Assembly (NCBI GenBank): GCA_051599415.1
Contig: AP039690.1
Coordinates: 186,001 to 250,000, forward strand
From: Savitreella phatthalungensis
Taxonomy: Eukaryota
Length of the DNA stretch: 64,000 bases
Direction: 5' to 3'
Part shown: piece by piece, positions 32,997-45,558 of the stretch
How positions within the stretch are numbered: position 1 is the first letter of the stretch
Layout of the letters: each line of letters starts with the position of its first letter
Program-made: the position numbers and the translations under genes
Notes under the pieces: model-generated
The model's input: only the letters and a program-made list of their open reading frames with translations
What the model was told of the DNA's origin: nothing
Databases searched by the model: none

Positions 32997-34769
32997 ATGA
33001 CCTGGTCGAAGCCGACAGTTCTAGCGCTGCTCTTGGCAGTGTGGCAGGTCGCTCATGCTCGCTCTTCTGTGCTGGAGGACATCCACGCGAAGCCATATTA
33101 TGATATTGATCTACACGACAGCCGCACAATATCGACCGCTCGAGCAGCCGCTCTCTACTCCGGCGATATTGTGGAAGAAGCTGACGAAGATGTCAGATAC
33201 AAGTACGTGCATGATGGCAAGCGCCGACTGCTCTGTCGAATACCCGTGGTCGCTCGCAACACGACAGTCCAAGGAGGTGGGAGTGACGCGGGGACAGCGA
33301 CTGATGATCGAGCTGGCTTAGAGAAGCTGCGGATCGAGCGGGAGCAAGAGGTGAAGAACGAGTCGTCGAGAGCCACTGAGCGTGGACTAGAGCTGCTTCG
33401 TGGTATGGAAGGCACATGTTTATACTGGATTGCCGGCTGGTGGACGTATCGCTTCTGCTACGATGATGGCATCACACAATTTCACGCACTCCCACCCAGT
33501 CCAGATCGGCCACTATTTCCGCCCGCAGAAGACCCATCTGCAGGTAGCTTTGATCTGGGCAGCAAAAGGAAGACACGAGTGGGCGATGGGAACGTGCCGA
33601 TTTCAGCTCAGCGATCTTTTGCGCTGTCTGGAGGTGTCGCTACCAGTGGGAGCAAGAGTCTAGTGGTCGAGTACGAGGGAGGTACGTATTGTCCAATCAC
33701 AAGCTCACAGCGCAAGACAGAAGTACAATTTAGGTGCTCGCCTGACACGAACGACCGCATCGGCCTCGTCAAGGAGGTTGCAACATGTCAATACCTGATG
33801 CTCATCCAGACGCCCAGATTGTGCAACGACTTAGCATTCACCACACAGAATGACGAAAAGTCCCACAAGGTCACATGCTCCCCCATCAGCGATGAACCAG
33901 GACTGCCCGAGATTGAGCAAACCGAGGACGTAATTCCGGCTGAGCCTGTGCTATCCGAGACAGAGATCTCGCCAGAGACAAGTGAAACTCCAATGCAAGG
34001 CGGAACAACGGACTCAGCGCAAGACAAGGCGGAGGACGCTATATTGCCGGCCCCTGAGAAGCCGAATGAGGGCAGCTCGGAAGAAGTAAACTCTCTTGGC
34101 CACACGGACTCCCCAGACGAAGCTCTCTCTGATGTCGCAGAAGCTGCTGATGTGGTTACAGAAAGATCTGGAGATCTGCCGACAGATGCGGCGGACCAAT
34201 CAGCATCTACCACTGAAGGCCGAAGTGAGCAAGAGATACACGAGCGGCAGTACGTAGCCATGCAGGATGATCTCGCCGCGAGACAGGCACGCGCTGCCGA
34301 AGAGCTTGTCGACGAACTTGCTGCCAAGCTTGATAAGGGAGTGCTGATGCTCGATGGCAAGCGTATCACGCGCAATGAGCCGTTCGAGTACGATTTCGAG
34401 CTACAAGACGAAGATGGTGAGATGCTTGGGCAGGCGGTTATCTCTGTTATTGATGGAGAGCTTGTCATTGAGCTCGTCGAGGCCTTTCACCCGGAGACCG
34501 GAGAGGAGACACTTGTCACGCTCGCAGACGAGCATCGAACCTATGATCATCGCGGACACGTCCACGATTCAAAGTTGGACAACAGACACGAGAATGACGA
34601 GTCAGCAGAGACTGAGGAGCAACGGAAAGAGAGAGCGGCTCAGGCGCTTGCTGATGCAGAGAAACTCAAGCGCATTCAGACTGAAGAACGTAAAAAAGCG
34701 CGAGCCAATATGCCACGTCAGCTGCGAGACTCGTTGCAGGACTTTGTCGGTGGACACGATGAATTGTAG
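32997..34769 (+). CDS. YOS9: ER lectin Yos9/OS-9 (MRH domain)
   Basis: Signal peptide, CLYWIAGWWTYRFCY..ITQFH, GTYC..RKTEVQFRC, VKEVATCQY, C-terminal HDEL. Confidence 0.92.
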   Translation: MTWSKPTVLALLLAVWQVAHARSSVLEDIHAKPYYDIDLHDSRTISTARAAALYSGDIVEEADEDVRYKYVHDGKRRLLCRIPVVARNTTVQGGGSDAGTATDDRAGLEKLRIEREQEVKNESSRATERGLELLRGMEGTCLYWIAGWWTYRFCYDDGITQFHALPPSPDRPLFPPAEDPSAGSFDLGSKRKTRVGDGNVPISAQRSFALSGGVATSGSKSLVVEYEGGTYCPITSSQRKTEVQFRCSPDTNDRIGLVKEVATCQYLMLIQTPRLCNDLAFTTQNDEKSHKVTCSPISDEPGLPEIEQTEDVIPAEPVLSETEISPETSETPMQGGTTDSAQDKAEDAILPAPEKPNEGSSEEVNSLGHTDSPDEALSDVAEAADVVTERSGDLPTDAADQSASTTEGRSEQEIHERQYVAMQDDLAARQARAAEELVDELAAKLDKGVLMLDGKRITRNEPFEYDFELQDEDGEMLGQAVISVIDGELVIELVEAFHPETGEETLVTLADEHRTYDHRGHVHDSKLDNRHENDESAETEEQRKERAAQALADAEKLKRIQTEERKKARANMPRQLRDSLQDFVGGHDEL

Positions 34770-35115
34770 ACTATGCTGTGTATGCTTATATGACCTTTAC
34801 TCCCACTGATGCTGCAAATACTACATTCGAACGTGTATTCGGCCATAAGCACACATGTCAGCAAGGGAGATGGTATATCTTTGCAATGAACCGATTTCGA
34901 ACGTCGCAGTTGGCCGAGCACCCGCGGGTGGGGCTTGAACATGTTTGGCCTTGACCAGATATCAGATCAAATTTCCACCTTTCTGATCCCAATGAGTAAC
35001 TCAGGGACGTGATTGTCAGTCTCACAAGCGCGTACAGCGATGCTTCAACAGTCGAGTCATCATTTTACAAGCTATAAGGACGGTGACTCTTCCGAGCAGG
35101 CATTTCTTGGAAGAC

Positions 35116-37377
35116 ATGTGCGGTGGATCCCGAGCTATCAATATCCGTGGAACGCCGACGACGACTCCACCGAATGAAGGCGAGGATTCTTTTGACAAGG
35201 AGGATCCATACTACGATTTCCACACAGAACGGAAGCACTTCGATGAGGCTCAGAAGCATGTCATTCATGCTTCTCCAGCTCTCTCTGCGCTGTCCTCATC
35301 CTTCCACGGACCTAGCTCTTTCAGCCTGAATGACCCGGTGTTGCACATGTCTCCAGGTCGCAAGCCTTCAGCCATAAACCATACGTCGTCTGGCGCTGGT
35401 CATAATATCGCAGAAGCAGCTGGTCGTCAGGCGCTATCGAAGGAAGGCGGCAGTGGTAACATGGAGATGTTGAACGGTGGTATGCCGATGCCGCTCTCGA
35501 CTGAGAATGAGGCACTCGAGGACGATGTGCTTGTGCCAGAGCTGCTAGCCATTTACAAAAGTGTCCAGCGATGTATTGATCTCCGGCACAAGTACCTCGC
35601 GCGCTCTCTCCAGCGCGACGGTGACAACCCGAAAGATGACCCAGAGCAATGGCAAGTGTATCCACCTGTACCACCTCCCGCATGGCAGCCTCCTCCGAGC
35701 AAGGATGGTAGACCGCAGCCATACGTCAAGCCTGTGGGCGACAGCATACCTGGTGAGGGTTTCAACCTCGATGAATGTCCTGTGCCAAAAGCCGATCCTC
35801 TCAACTTTGACATGGATGCCAACGGCGTCTATCAGGTGCTCGATGAGCGTGGTCAGGCTCTCGCTGACGTGCCGACCATTCGCGACTACTATCTTGATCT
35901 GGAGGCCATCCATGATGCGAGCAGCGAGGGACCCGCCAAATCCTTTGCCTTCAGACGGCTTCAATACCTCGAGGTCAAGTGGAATAGCTATATCCTGCTG
36001 AACGAATTCCAGGAGCTGGCAGATACCAAGAAGGTGCCTCATCGTGACTTCTACAATGTCCGAAAGGTTGACACGCACGTCCATCACTCAGCATGCATGA
36101 ATCAGAAGCATTTGCTGCGATTTATCAAAGCAAAGCTCAAGAAGTCGCCGGATGAGACCGTCATTTTCCGAGATGGAAAGTATCTCTCACTGGCGGAAGT
36201 GTTCGACTCGCTCAACTTGACTGCCTACGACCTCTCAATCGATACCTTGGATATGCATGCACACAAGGACTCGTTTCATCGCTTCGACAAGTTCAACCTC
36301 AAGTACAACCCAATTGGCGAATCGCGCCTGAGAACGGTCTTCTTGAAGACAGACAACGATATCTCAGGTCGATATCTGGCGGAAATCACGCGCGAGGTGT
36401 TTACAGATCTTGAGCAGTCCAAGTATCAGATGGCAGAGTACCGCATCTCAATCTACGGTCGCAGTGAGGACGAGTGGGACAAATTGGCTGCATGGGTGGT
36501 CGATCATAAGCTCTTCTCTCACAACGTCCGCTGGCTCATCCAGATACCGCGACTGTACAACATCTACAAGGATTCTGGGCTGGTCCAGGACTTCTCAGAC
36601 ATCATTCGTAATATTTTCAGGCCTCTGTTTGAGGTTACACGGGACCCGGCGTCTCATCCGAAGCTGCACGTCTTCCTCCAGCGCGTTGTCGGGTTCGACT
36701 CCGTGGACGATGAGTCAAAGCAGGAGCGCCGCATATATCGCAAATTCCCATTGCCAAAGGCATGGGATAACCGACAAAATCCGCCATATTCTTATTACAT
36801 CTACTACATGTACGCCAACATGGCCAGTCTGAATGCCTGGCGAGCACGTCGGCATTTCAACACCTTTGTGTTGAGACCACACTGCGGAGAGGCTGGCGAC
36901 ACAGACCACTTGGCTGCTGCTTTCTTGACGTCCCAAGCCATTTCTCACGGTATTCAGCTACGCAAAACGCCGTTCCTCCAGTACCTGTTCTACCTCGACC
37001 AGATCGGAATCGCAATGTCGCCACTCAGCAACAATGCCCTGTTCCTGACATACGATAAAAACCCATTCCCGACGTTCTTCAGACGTGGCTTGAACGTGAG
37101 TATCTCGACAGATGACCCACTCATGTTCCATCTCACCCGGGAGGCTCTGATCGAGGAGTACTCGATTGCCACACAGATCTACCGCCTGTCGTCCGTCGAC
37201 ACATGTGAGCTCGCGAAGAACAGCGTCAGGCAATCCGGTTTCGAGCTGGAGATCAAGAAGATCTGGCTCGGAGAGACCCTTGAAGCAATCGACAAGACAA
37301 ACGTGCCTCTTCCTCGTACACGGTTCAGGCAGCAAACGCTAGGCGAAGAGCTCGATCTGTGCTTCAAAAAACGATGA
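35116..37377 (+). CDS. AMD1: AMP deaminase
   Basis: [39 protein letters not shown]. Exact start codon uncertain. Confidence 0.96.
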   Translation: MCGGSRAINIRGTPTTTPPNEGEDSFDKEDPYYDFHTERKHFDEAQKHVIHASPALSALSSSFHGPSSFSLNDPVLHMSPGRKPSAINHTSSGAGHNIAEAAGRQALSKEGGSGNMEMLNGGMPMPLSTENEALEDDVLVPELLAIYKSVQRCIDLRHKYLARSLQRDGDNPKDDPEQWQVYPPVPPPAWQPPPSKDGRPQPYVKPVGDSIPGEGFNLDECPVPKADPLNFDMDANGVYQVLDERGQALADVPTIRDYYLDLEAIHDASSEGPAKSFAFRRLQYLEVKWNSYILLNEFQELADTKKVPHRDFYNVRKVDTHVHHSACMNQKHLLRFIKAKLKKSPDETVIFRDGKYLSLAEVFDSLNLTAYDLSIDTLDMHAHKDSFHRFDKFNLKYNPIGESRLRTVFLKTDNDISGRYLAEITREVFTDLEQSKYQMAEYRISIYGRSEDEWDKLAAWVVDHKLFSHNVRWLIQIPRLYNIYKDSGLVQDFSDIIRNIFRPLFEVTRDPASHPKLHVFLQRVVGFDSVDDESKQERRIYRKFPLPKAWDNRQNPPYSYYIYYMYANMASLNAWRARRHFNTFVLRPHCGEAGDTDHLAAAFLTSQAISHGIQLRKTPFLQYLFYLDQIGIAMSPLSNNALFLTYDKNPFPTFFRRGLNVSISTDDPLMFHLTREALIEEYSIATQIYRLSSVDTCELAKNSVRQSGFELEIKKIWLGETLEAIDKTNVPLPRTRFRQQTLGEELDLCFKKR

Positions 37378-37704
37378 ATCGAGAACGAGGACAATAGGAA
37401 GTTATAGATCTAGATCTCCTTTGGAACTTGTGAATGCCTTTAAGTAGATAGCTGTATATCATGATCTTATGAGCAATCTTCCCTATGTGTGAACCAAGAG
37501 ACTACATATACTTCGATACCGCATTCGCTCAGTGATTTTCAATCCGGCGTAATCGAGTCACGCGAGGTCGACCTGGTCAATTGAGCTCTGGTCGGGGTCA
37601 AAATATCGATCGGCCCCACAATTCCTGGCAGACCTGCCAACGACGTCATTGGTAAAGAGCCTTCAAAGGGTCACATCGTTCAACCCTCGGGCTGCGTGCG
37701 CACC

Positions 37705-38709
37705 ATGTTTAGGAGGGAGATCTTTCAAGCTGTCCGCTCTGTCAGAGCGCGGTCACTGCACTCATCACCTGTCGGATGCGCACGCGTGGACCCGCGGGCT
37801 CGACTGTACCAGGAGTTTGCGGCGCAAGCTCGGAATCCTTCATCACCATTACGGCGGTCGCCGTACCTGAAGTATGTGGGCGGCGCTGCACTGGTCGGCG
37901 GAGGCGTCTACTACGTCACACACCTCGAACACGTCGAGATCACAGGCAGGACAAGGTTTATGAACGTCGGCCCAGCAGGAGAAGCAGCAGCGTCAAAGCA
38001 AGGGTACGCGGAGATCATGCAGCAATTCGGTCGAAACGTCCTACCGGATTCCCATCCGGACGTGAAATTCGTCAAGCGCGTCACAGGCAGGTTGATTCGT
38101 GCAACTGGGCTGAAAGAGCTCGATTGGGAAGTGCATGTCATTCAAAGCGATATGGTCAATGCGTTTGTCATACCAGGCGGTAAGATCTTTGTGTTCTCTG
38201 GAATTCTACCAGTAGCGAAAGACGAAGATGGATTGGCTACCGTGCTCGGGCACGAGATTGGACACCAGGTGGCAAGACACGTGGCCGAGAAGATGTCGTT
38301 TGGTCCTATCTTGAGCTTGGTCAACATTGTTGTCATTTATGGATTGGCCACTGTTGGCCTCGACATTAACGCAGCCGCATGGTTGGGAGGAAATCTGACC
38401 ACGCTCGCACTCGATAACCCGTACTCGCGACACATGGAGACGGAAGCGGACTATATCGGGCTTTTACTGATGGCTCAGGCCTGCTTCGATCCGCATAAGA
38501 GTGTCGGCGTCTGGGAGAGAATGTCACAGGCAGCACAGGGCGCTCCACCCCAGTTTCTATCCACACATCCTTCGAACGAGAACCGGATTTTGAAGCTCAA
38601 AGGTTGGATGAGCGAGGCCGAGCAGGTGAAAGAAAAATCGGACTGTCGGCAGCAACTCCAGGGATTCATGAATAAGGTGAGGGAGCAGCAGTCGTTTGCT
38701 AAGTACTAG
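37705..38709 (+). CDS. OMA1: Mitochondrial M48 metalloprotease Oma1
   Basis: Presequence, NAFVIPGGKIFVFSG, HEIGH (HEXXH), ETEADYIG, FLSTHP. Confidence 0.93.
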   Translation: MFRREIFQAVRSVRARSLHSSPVGCARVDPRARLYQEFAAQARNPSSPLRRSPYLKYVGGAALVGGGVYYVTHLEHVEITGRTRFMNVGPAGEAAASKQGYAEIMQQFGRNVLPDSHPDVKFVKRVTGRLIRATGLKELDWEVHVIQSDMVNAFVIPGGKIFVFSGILPVAKDEDGLATVLGHEIGHQVARHVAEKMSFGPILSLVNIVVIYGLATVGLDINAAAWLGGNLTTLALDNPYSRHMETEADYIGLLLMAQACFDPHKSVGVWERMSQAAQGAPPQFLSTHPSNENRILKLKGWMSEAEQVKEKSDCRQQLQGFMNKVREQQSFAKY

Positions 38710-39438
38710 TGATGGCGAATCGGGTCAAAGGTAACAGGGCAAGTCCAGGCAAGGCACGGGAGGGGACAATGACAATGCACATCGCATGCTTGAGCAATGT
38801 ATTGAGTAAATTCTTGGTATACAGTATCGAGGCTAGACGGCGGATCGGATGCCTTGTGCAACGAGCAAGCAGTGATGGAAGTGATTGCTTGTCTGTTTGT
38901 GGCACGTGTCATGACCCATTATTCGATCGTACGTACGCACTTACATCTAGCCATACATGAAGACTGCTATAGTATACTGTCCTATATACATACAAAGAGT
39001 GGTTCCCAGTATATTAATGAGATGTCCGGTGGGTTGAAGGTGACGCTTCCGGTCTATCTCCATGAAATTGATCTCGAATTTTCTCCGCTCGATGAATCTG
39101 ACTTGTGTGAGATATCAGATCATCAATCTGGTTCAGGACTTGTACGTCGAATCTGAGATCTTACCTCGGAAATTTCCATCGCGTCTTATGCGTCTATAGC
39201 TAGCTTTCTCTATCTTAGGACATCAACTTTATCAGAATGTATCACACCTAAGCTTTATTTGTAATTCCAATGGACTCCCATACAGGATATTTGACTGCAC
39301 CTTATTTAGACAAACTTCACATATTGATTAATTGTCAGATTTGTAACCTTGCTAGTGCCGTCCACAAGGTACAAGAAAATAAAAAAAAGTTTGGAGAGGG
39401 AAGCAAGATCTCGAAAGAACGATCGATCGAGTTCTATA

Positions 39439-39499
39439 GCAAGTACGCAAGTAAGCAAGCAAGTACGCAAGCAAGTACGCAATTCACCATTGCAAGTAC
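39439..39499. repeat. GCAA/GCAAGTAC short tandem repeats upstream of YDJ1
   Basis: gcaagtacgcaagtaagcaagcaagtacgcaagcaagtacgcaa, plus one further gcaagtac copy. Confidence 0.7.
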
Positions 39500-39872
39500 C
39501 TGCTAGCTGGTCAGACAGAACTGAACGAATAAGTAAGCCTAATCGCATCTCATCTGACAACGGCAGCAGAACAGTATAGCAATACAGCCAAGCAAACAGC
39601 AAACAGCAAAGACTCAAGCAGGCAAGCAAGCACGGACCTGAAGGACAAATAACTTTAGCAATCAACCAGGCAACTTGCACTGACGACGTGGAGAGTTCCT
39701 ATCTCGTTCAGTAACGTCGACGAGGCACGAGACGCAAGCACGTAGCACGAACTATTCTCAGGGACCGATTATCCGCTTCGTGTCTGCACACTTAAATATT
39801 CTTCAGATCCAAGCACTTCTAGACCCACAAGCAAGACTACGTGCAAAGCAGCTCTAAGTAAGGCGCGGAATC

Positions 39873-41114
39873 ATGGTCCGCGACACAAAGTACTATGACG
39901 TACTCGAGGTCTCACCTACCGCGAGCGACAGCGAGCTGAAGAAGGCATACCGCAAGCTCGCTCTCAAGTACCACCCCGACAAGAACCCGGATGCAGGCGA
40001 CAAATTCAAGGAGATCTCACATGCCTACGAAGTGCTCGCAGATACGCAAAAGCGCCAACTTTACGACCAGTATGGAGAGGAGGGACTGTCCGGCGCAGGC
40101 GGCGGTCCTGGCGGTATGAATGCAGAGGACCTCTTCTCCCAGTTCTTCGGCGGCGGTGGTATGTTTGGAGGCGGTGGCGGTCCGTTTGGTGGTGGCGGCG
40201 GCCGTCCTCGCGGCCCACAGCGCGGCAAGGACCTCACGCATGCGCTCAAAGTCAACCTGGACGACCTGTATAAGGGGAAAGTCGCCAAACTGGCACTACA
40301 AAAGCACGTCCTCTGCAAATCCTGCGACGGTCGCGGCGGCAAGGAAGGTGCTGTCAAGCAGTGCACAGGATGTGACGGTACCGGTGTCAAGCTCATGATG
40401 CGTCAGATGGGACCAATGATTCAGAGATTCCAGCAGGTCTGCCCCGAGTGTAATGGTGATGGTGAGATCATGAAGGAGAAGGACCGTTGCAAGGAGTGCA
40501 AGGGCAAGAAGATCATCAACGAACGCAAGGTCCTCCAAGTCCACATCGACAAGGGTATGCAGGACGGACAGCGCATTACTTTCGCTGGCGAGGGAGATCA
40601 GGCACCAAACATCATTCCTGGAGACGTTGTCTTTGTCATCGAGCTCAAGGAACATGCACGATTCAAGCGTCGCAACGACGACCTGTTCTACGAGGCTCAC
40701 ATCGACCTCCTCACAGCCCTTGCGGGCGGCACGGTCCTGGTTGAACACCTGGACGACCGCTGGCTCGAGGTTCCCATCCCAGCCGGAGAGTCCCTACGGC
40801 CAGGTTCCCTACGTGTTGTCGAAGGTCAGGGCATGCCATCATACAGACACCATGACTTTGGAAACCTTTACATTCGCTTCGCTGTCGACTTCCCACCGAA
40901 GCTCTGGACAAGTCCGGAGCAGATTGCCCAGCTCGAGAACATCCTCCCTCCACGTCAGAAGAGCAAGCTGCCAAAGGGTGCTCACTCGGACAGTGTCGAG
41001 ATGCAGGAGGTCGACCCAATGCAGGAGGCTCGTGCTGAGGGTGCGGCCCGCAGTGGCGCTGAAGAGGACGACGAAGAAGGAGCACAACCGGGCGTTCAGT
41101 GTGCACAGTCTTAG
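39873..41114 (+). CDS. YDJ1: Type I Hsp40 co-chaperone Ydj1/Mas5
   Basis: J-domain HPD, G/F region, CxxCxGxG zinc repeats, C-terminal CaaX CAQS. Confidence 0.97.
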   Translation: MVRDTKYYDVLEVSPTASDSELKKAYRKLALKYHPDKNPDAGDKFKEISHAYEVLADTQKRQLYDQYGEEGLSGAGGGPGGMNAEDLFSQFFGGGGMFGGGGGPFGGGGGRPRGPQRGKDLTHALKVNLDDLYKGKVAKLALQKHVLCKSCDGRGGKEGAVKQCTGCDGTGVKLMMRQMGPMIQRFQQVCPECNGDGEIMKEKDRCKECKGKKIINERKVLQVHIDKGMQDGQRITFAGEGDQAPNIIPGDVVFVIELKEHARFKRRNDDLFYEAHIDLLTALAGGTVLVEHLDDRWLEVPIPAGESLRPGSLRVVEGQGMPSYRHHDFGNLYIRFAVDFPPKLWTSPEQIAQLENILPPRQKSKLPKGAHSDSVEMQEVDPMQEARAEGAARSGAEEDDEEGAQPGVQCAQS

Positions 41115-41486
41115 AAGCTGACAAATCTTCGATCGACACTTCGCCTGACCAGCATTCGCACTTTCCTTCTTTTCGCATCCTCATTCGTAGACTAGATTTG
41201 AGCGACCGCACGACCCAGACACAGATGCATCTTCATCTTACCTGAGACTTGACTGAGCTAAGAGTGTCTTCCGTGCTAAAGCCTGTGTCTTATCCGCCAG
41301 CATTCTGCTGATCACTATTTCGCGTCACATGTTTGCATGACTAGTCTGACAATCGAGCCTTGAGCCTCCATGACTTGCCGTGACAGCGAGTAGAAAGGAC
41401 GCTGTCGTCAAGACAACAGGTCGGAACGAGCTTCAATCGTCCTTACCGACCTTCATCTACCATCACTAGACATTCCTGCTACCATT

Positions 41487-43791
41487 ATGGCTTATCACGG
41501 ACGGATCGATCACAGTGGCAATGTGATTGACACTCAACTCGAGCAAGGACAGCCTGGATCCAAAACAAGAGATGACGTTCAGCTTGTCGTTGCCGACGAG
41601 TACGGTAACTTGCTCTCGATGATCTCCTTCCTCAATTATGGACCACGTCGTGGAAAGCAGCACGAGAGTGCTCAAGCACTTGTCCACACCCTGCCACGCA
41701 GCATGCTTGGTGTACGCGTTCTCCAGGCGTATCAGGAGCTCGGTGTCACGACACGCAGCACATTCTGCCCTATTGACAAACTCGACTCACTCGTCAGCGA
41801 CATGGGTAATCAAATTGCTTTCATCACAAGCATCGATCCTTTCTTACGTCCCGCTTCCTCGCCTCATCCACGTAACGAGAGTGTCTTCGACTTCAATGCC
41901 GCATCATCATCACGTGTGGGCTCTTCCAAGGACCCAAAGCAGGTCAAAGTGCAGACCATTGTACCACATGACAGACAGCACGCAGACCTGTCAGAATTTC
42001 TCGCGACGAGCTCCGACGATGCATCTGTGGTCGGTGAGTCAATGAGCGACGAAGAGGTTTATCGTCTTGTGGGAGACTTCTCACCCGCATCACTAGGACC
42101 TGGTGGATTTGGCGCTCGACTTGAGGACATTATTGCACGCGAGCGCCTTGGTAAAGGAAAGGCAAAGTCGGCAGATCCATGGCAGACAGCCCTCCAGCTA
42201 TTCGACCACCGCGAGTTCTGGTCAGCCTGGATCAACCGCATCCGTGCTACTTCAGAACAAGACAATCGATTCAAGCTATCCAAGGAAATCCAGTCGATCC
42301 ATCAGGCTGTTCTCGATGGTTTGCCCCGACCGGCTGATCACAGGATTGCGCACATTCGTCGGCCACGGAAACTCTTGTTGAACAAGATACAAAAGCTGGT
42401 GAGTAACTCCCGGTTTTGTGGGGTGTCCTTAGCTCACCGTCGCAGACTTTGAAACAGCGATTCGCGCTCATTTGCAGCCCGAGGCATGAAGTACATGTCG
42501 CGGACGTCATGCTCAGCGACCACGAAGTTGATGCCTTGAATCACGTGGGGACCCTGTCTCATCTGGAGAAGATTATCGCGCACGTCCGTACCAGCTTTGG
42601 AGAAAGCTATCCTCGTACACGTGGCAGCGTTCATTTCAAATTGGTAAGAGTCCTCGAATTAGCACGACCAGTATTGACATCCAGGTGACATGTCTCATCT
42701 TCCAACTCGTCTGCTACACTTATCTGCATGACGCTACAGAGACAACCAATCAGTCGCTGGCGATGCGATTGTCCAAAGCAAGTTTGACGCCTGCAGTTGT
42801 CCAGGCACAATCAAGCTCAGGGACCACGAGCGGAGTACCGCCGGCCGAAGGATGGCTTGCACCTGATCTGCCACGCGGGTCTGCCAAGACGATGACAAAC
42901 GCTGAGTCAAGGGCTGTCACACAACTGTTACAGCAAGGTCGTCAGCGTGCATCGTCCGTAAACGCCGCAAATGCCACACCTTCTGGAGAAACACTGCTAC
43001 CTCTGCGCGCAACTCAACAAGTCGATGGAGTCCTCGGTGAGCGTAGGCTGAGCACTCTCAATATCGCGGCGTCTGTTCAGCACGCTCAACTCGGGCACAA
43101 AGTGTCGGCAGAACGTCTCAGTCTGCTGCCGTCTCCGAGTAAGAGTCGCGTGAGTGCGCGCCAAACGGCATCACGCGAGACTCTCGGTGATGTCCCAGCT
43201 AGCTACACCACAGCCCCATCCACTCCTCAACAAGCACAGTATGCGCTCATACCTGCACCAATCAATACGCCTCGTCATCCGCCTGTCTCGCTGATCACTG
43301 CGGCCGAACAGCAACGTCGGACGTCACTAGAGCGTCGTCCCTCTAGCAAGACGGCTCACCCGCTACTAGTAGGAGAGCGTACTTCTGCCTCAGTGACGAA
43401 GCCGCAAACAACGCTGGCCATTGCAAGCGCTCACTCATCGCAAAACAATACGCCCCTGAAGCAGCAGCAGCAGCAACGAGACTACAATGGACATCTCGAT
43501 CATTCTTATCAGGCCGCGAAGCCGGTTGACATTCAACCCGAGCGTACGAAAGCAGGCAGCTTGCCACCCGCGGAGGTCTCAATGGCTGGTCACAGCGCTG
43601 CAGATACTCTCTCGTACTCTACTCAGCCTTCGACGTTGCGTGTTCTATCGACTAAAAGCGCTCGAGATGCTGCGCGAGCTATTAAGGCTCATCCGACGAC
43701 ATTCAGACCGATTCGCCGCACAACCGCGCCCGCGTCTATCGCGGCGCGGGACGCCAAAGTTGCGTCATTCATCAACTCCGGTGACTTCTGA
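41487..43791 (+). CDS. Uncharacterised protein, 3 exons, ~738 aa
   Basis: Exons 41487-42398, 42446-42643, 42685-43791 joined in phase 0 by introns GTGAGT..GCTCAC..GCAG (47 nt) and GTAAGA..TTGAC..CCAG (41 nt). This unites three ORFs of the track. Confidence 0.7.
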
Positions 43792-44067
43792 CAGTAGCTA
43801 TGAACGATCACGTTATTACTGAGGTGCTGGACACCAATGATGCTGTAGAAGAGCATTTCATGCGTTTACTGACTCAATTGAGACGTGTATGCTGATCACC
43901 TTTGAGTTGTCGTGTTTGTTGTGTTGACTGCTGCAACAACAACTCACGCACTGTCAATCACAAAAACATCAGCTGATGTAAATCATGCCAGATAGCTACA
44001 CGTCTCAAGCAGTACAGATCGAGCAGCTGTCACTGTCCGACGGTTGTCACCCACTCTTGACAATACC

Positions 44068-45558
44068 ATGCAAGCTCCTGAACAGCGCCTGAGCGCAAAT
44101 GACGCTCGTTCGGGTGGCTTCTACTCCGAGTCCCTGCGAACGAAGCACTTTGCCTCCCGACTCATGCCCACATGTCGATTTGACAACGGGCTCGACACAC
44201 AATCTCGCCCTGACACGCATCAAGAGCCCACGGTTATCCCTGACATCGATTCAGATGATGATTCAACCTATTGGGACGCTTCACTTCGCTTTGGGACTGC
44301 TATTGGAACTGGTTGGCGTCGTGATACGTCAGAGCGTGCCCATGTTGCTCTCGACGCGGAGCACGATCCGGAAGTCATCGCTGCAGCCCACACTCTCATG
44401 AGCATGCGTCATGATCACGGACCTCTCGACATTGAGAATCCAAATCGAGCTCTCATCAATCCTGCTCAACGGCACAATAACCTGGAATCAAAATCAAGCG
44501 CCCTGAGCTCTGTTCGGACAATCGCCACGCCCAGTATCCTGTCACGGAAATCTGACAGTCACAAGAATCCTTACTTGTACGAGGACGAGGATGAGGAACA
44601 ATCTGACTACTTCGACGAGACTTTGAAGTTCGGAACACGTCTTGGCGAACGCAGTCCCAGCAAAGCGGCCGCACAAAAGGCACCTGCCGATCACTTACCT
44701 GAGAAACTGATGACCGTTACTGCCGCTGATGTCGCAAAACTTCCCAACACGTACGTCAGTTCTGAATCGTCGTACGTACGCGCTGCGGCGCGAGCTCGAC
44801 CCCATGGCAAGCGCTCTTACAGTCATCGCGAGCTGAATTGGTGGTGGCGGTATGGTGGAGGCGCGATCGGCTCGCTGGAGAATGAGCCTCCAAAACTCAG
44901 CAACTTGCCCGTCGTATTTGATACGGAGGATGAGGTTGATGAAAATGAATTTGCCAATGACACTGACGACGTGTACCAGCAGCACCTCGCAGAACTCGAG
45001 TTCTTCACGGATTACCTGCTGCCATGTGAATGCACACACCGTCATCAACCGAATTTGGCGGCTGATTGTTTGCCACATTTCTGCGCCGTCTTGACCGAAT
45101 TGGACAATATGCGCATCACGGAGCACATGGTCCCCTCGTTGGCATCGATCGAACACTTTTGGCGGGCGTTCAATGAGAGCAGTAGGCTACCGGCCAATCT
45201 CGCGGCAGCAAGGCGGCTCAGTCAGCAAGCAAGAATCCTCTTGACTCTCGTAAGCGCTGGACACGTCTCTGAAGAGCTGCCCGTGCCGTCAAGTCCCGTT
45301 CAGTCAGGTCAGATTGACAGAGAGGATGACATTAACGATGTCGATGCCACCATTCGAGCATCGAAGGTTCAGCAGCAACAGCAGCAAAAGCACAAGCAGA
45401 AGGCCGCTCGAAATGTGCGACCGCCGAACCATAAACTTGGGCTAGATGTCTGCAATCGGTTGCGACTGCGGAATCATGCACGAACGATCAAGGCACTCAC
45501 TCAGGCTGTTTGTCTAAGAGCTGCATTGAGCGATCTCGAAGAACAACAAGCTTCTTGA
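44068..45558 (+). CDS. Uncharacterised protein with a duplicated acidic-aromatic motif
   Basis: 496-aa ORF from ATG 44068, no recognised domain, two copies of [DE]-rich-Y[WF]DxxL[RK]FGT. Confidence 0.7.
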   Translation: MQAPEQRLSANDARSGGFYSESLRTKHFASRLMPTCRFDNGLDTQSRPDTHQEPTVIPDIDSDDDSTYWDASLRFGTAIGTGWRRDTSERAHVALDAEHDPEVIAAAHTLMSMRHDHGPLDIENPNRALINPAQRHNNLESKSSALSSVRTIATPSILSRKSDSHKNPYLYEDEDEEQSDYFDETLKFGTRLGERSPSKAAAQKAPADHLPEKLMTVTAADVAKLPNTYVSSESSYVRAAARARPHGKRSYSHRELNWWWRYGGGAIGSLENEPPKLSNLPVVFDTEDEVDENEFANDTDDVYQQHLAELEFFTDYLLPCECTHRHQPNLAADCLPHFCAVLTELDNMRITEHMVPSLASIEHFWRAFNESSRLPANLAAARRLSQQARILLTLVSAGHVSEELPVPSSPVQSGQIDREDDINDVDATIRASKVQQQQQQKHKQKAARNVRPPNHKLGLDVCNRLRLRNHARTIKALTQAVCLRAALSDLEEQQAS

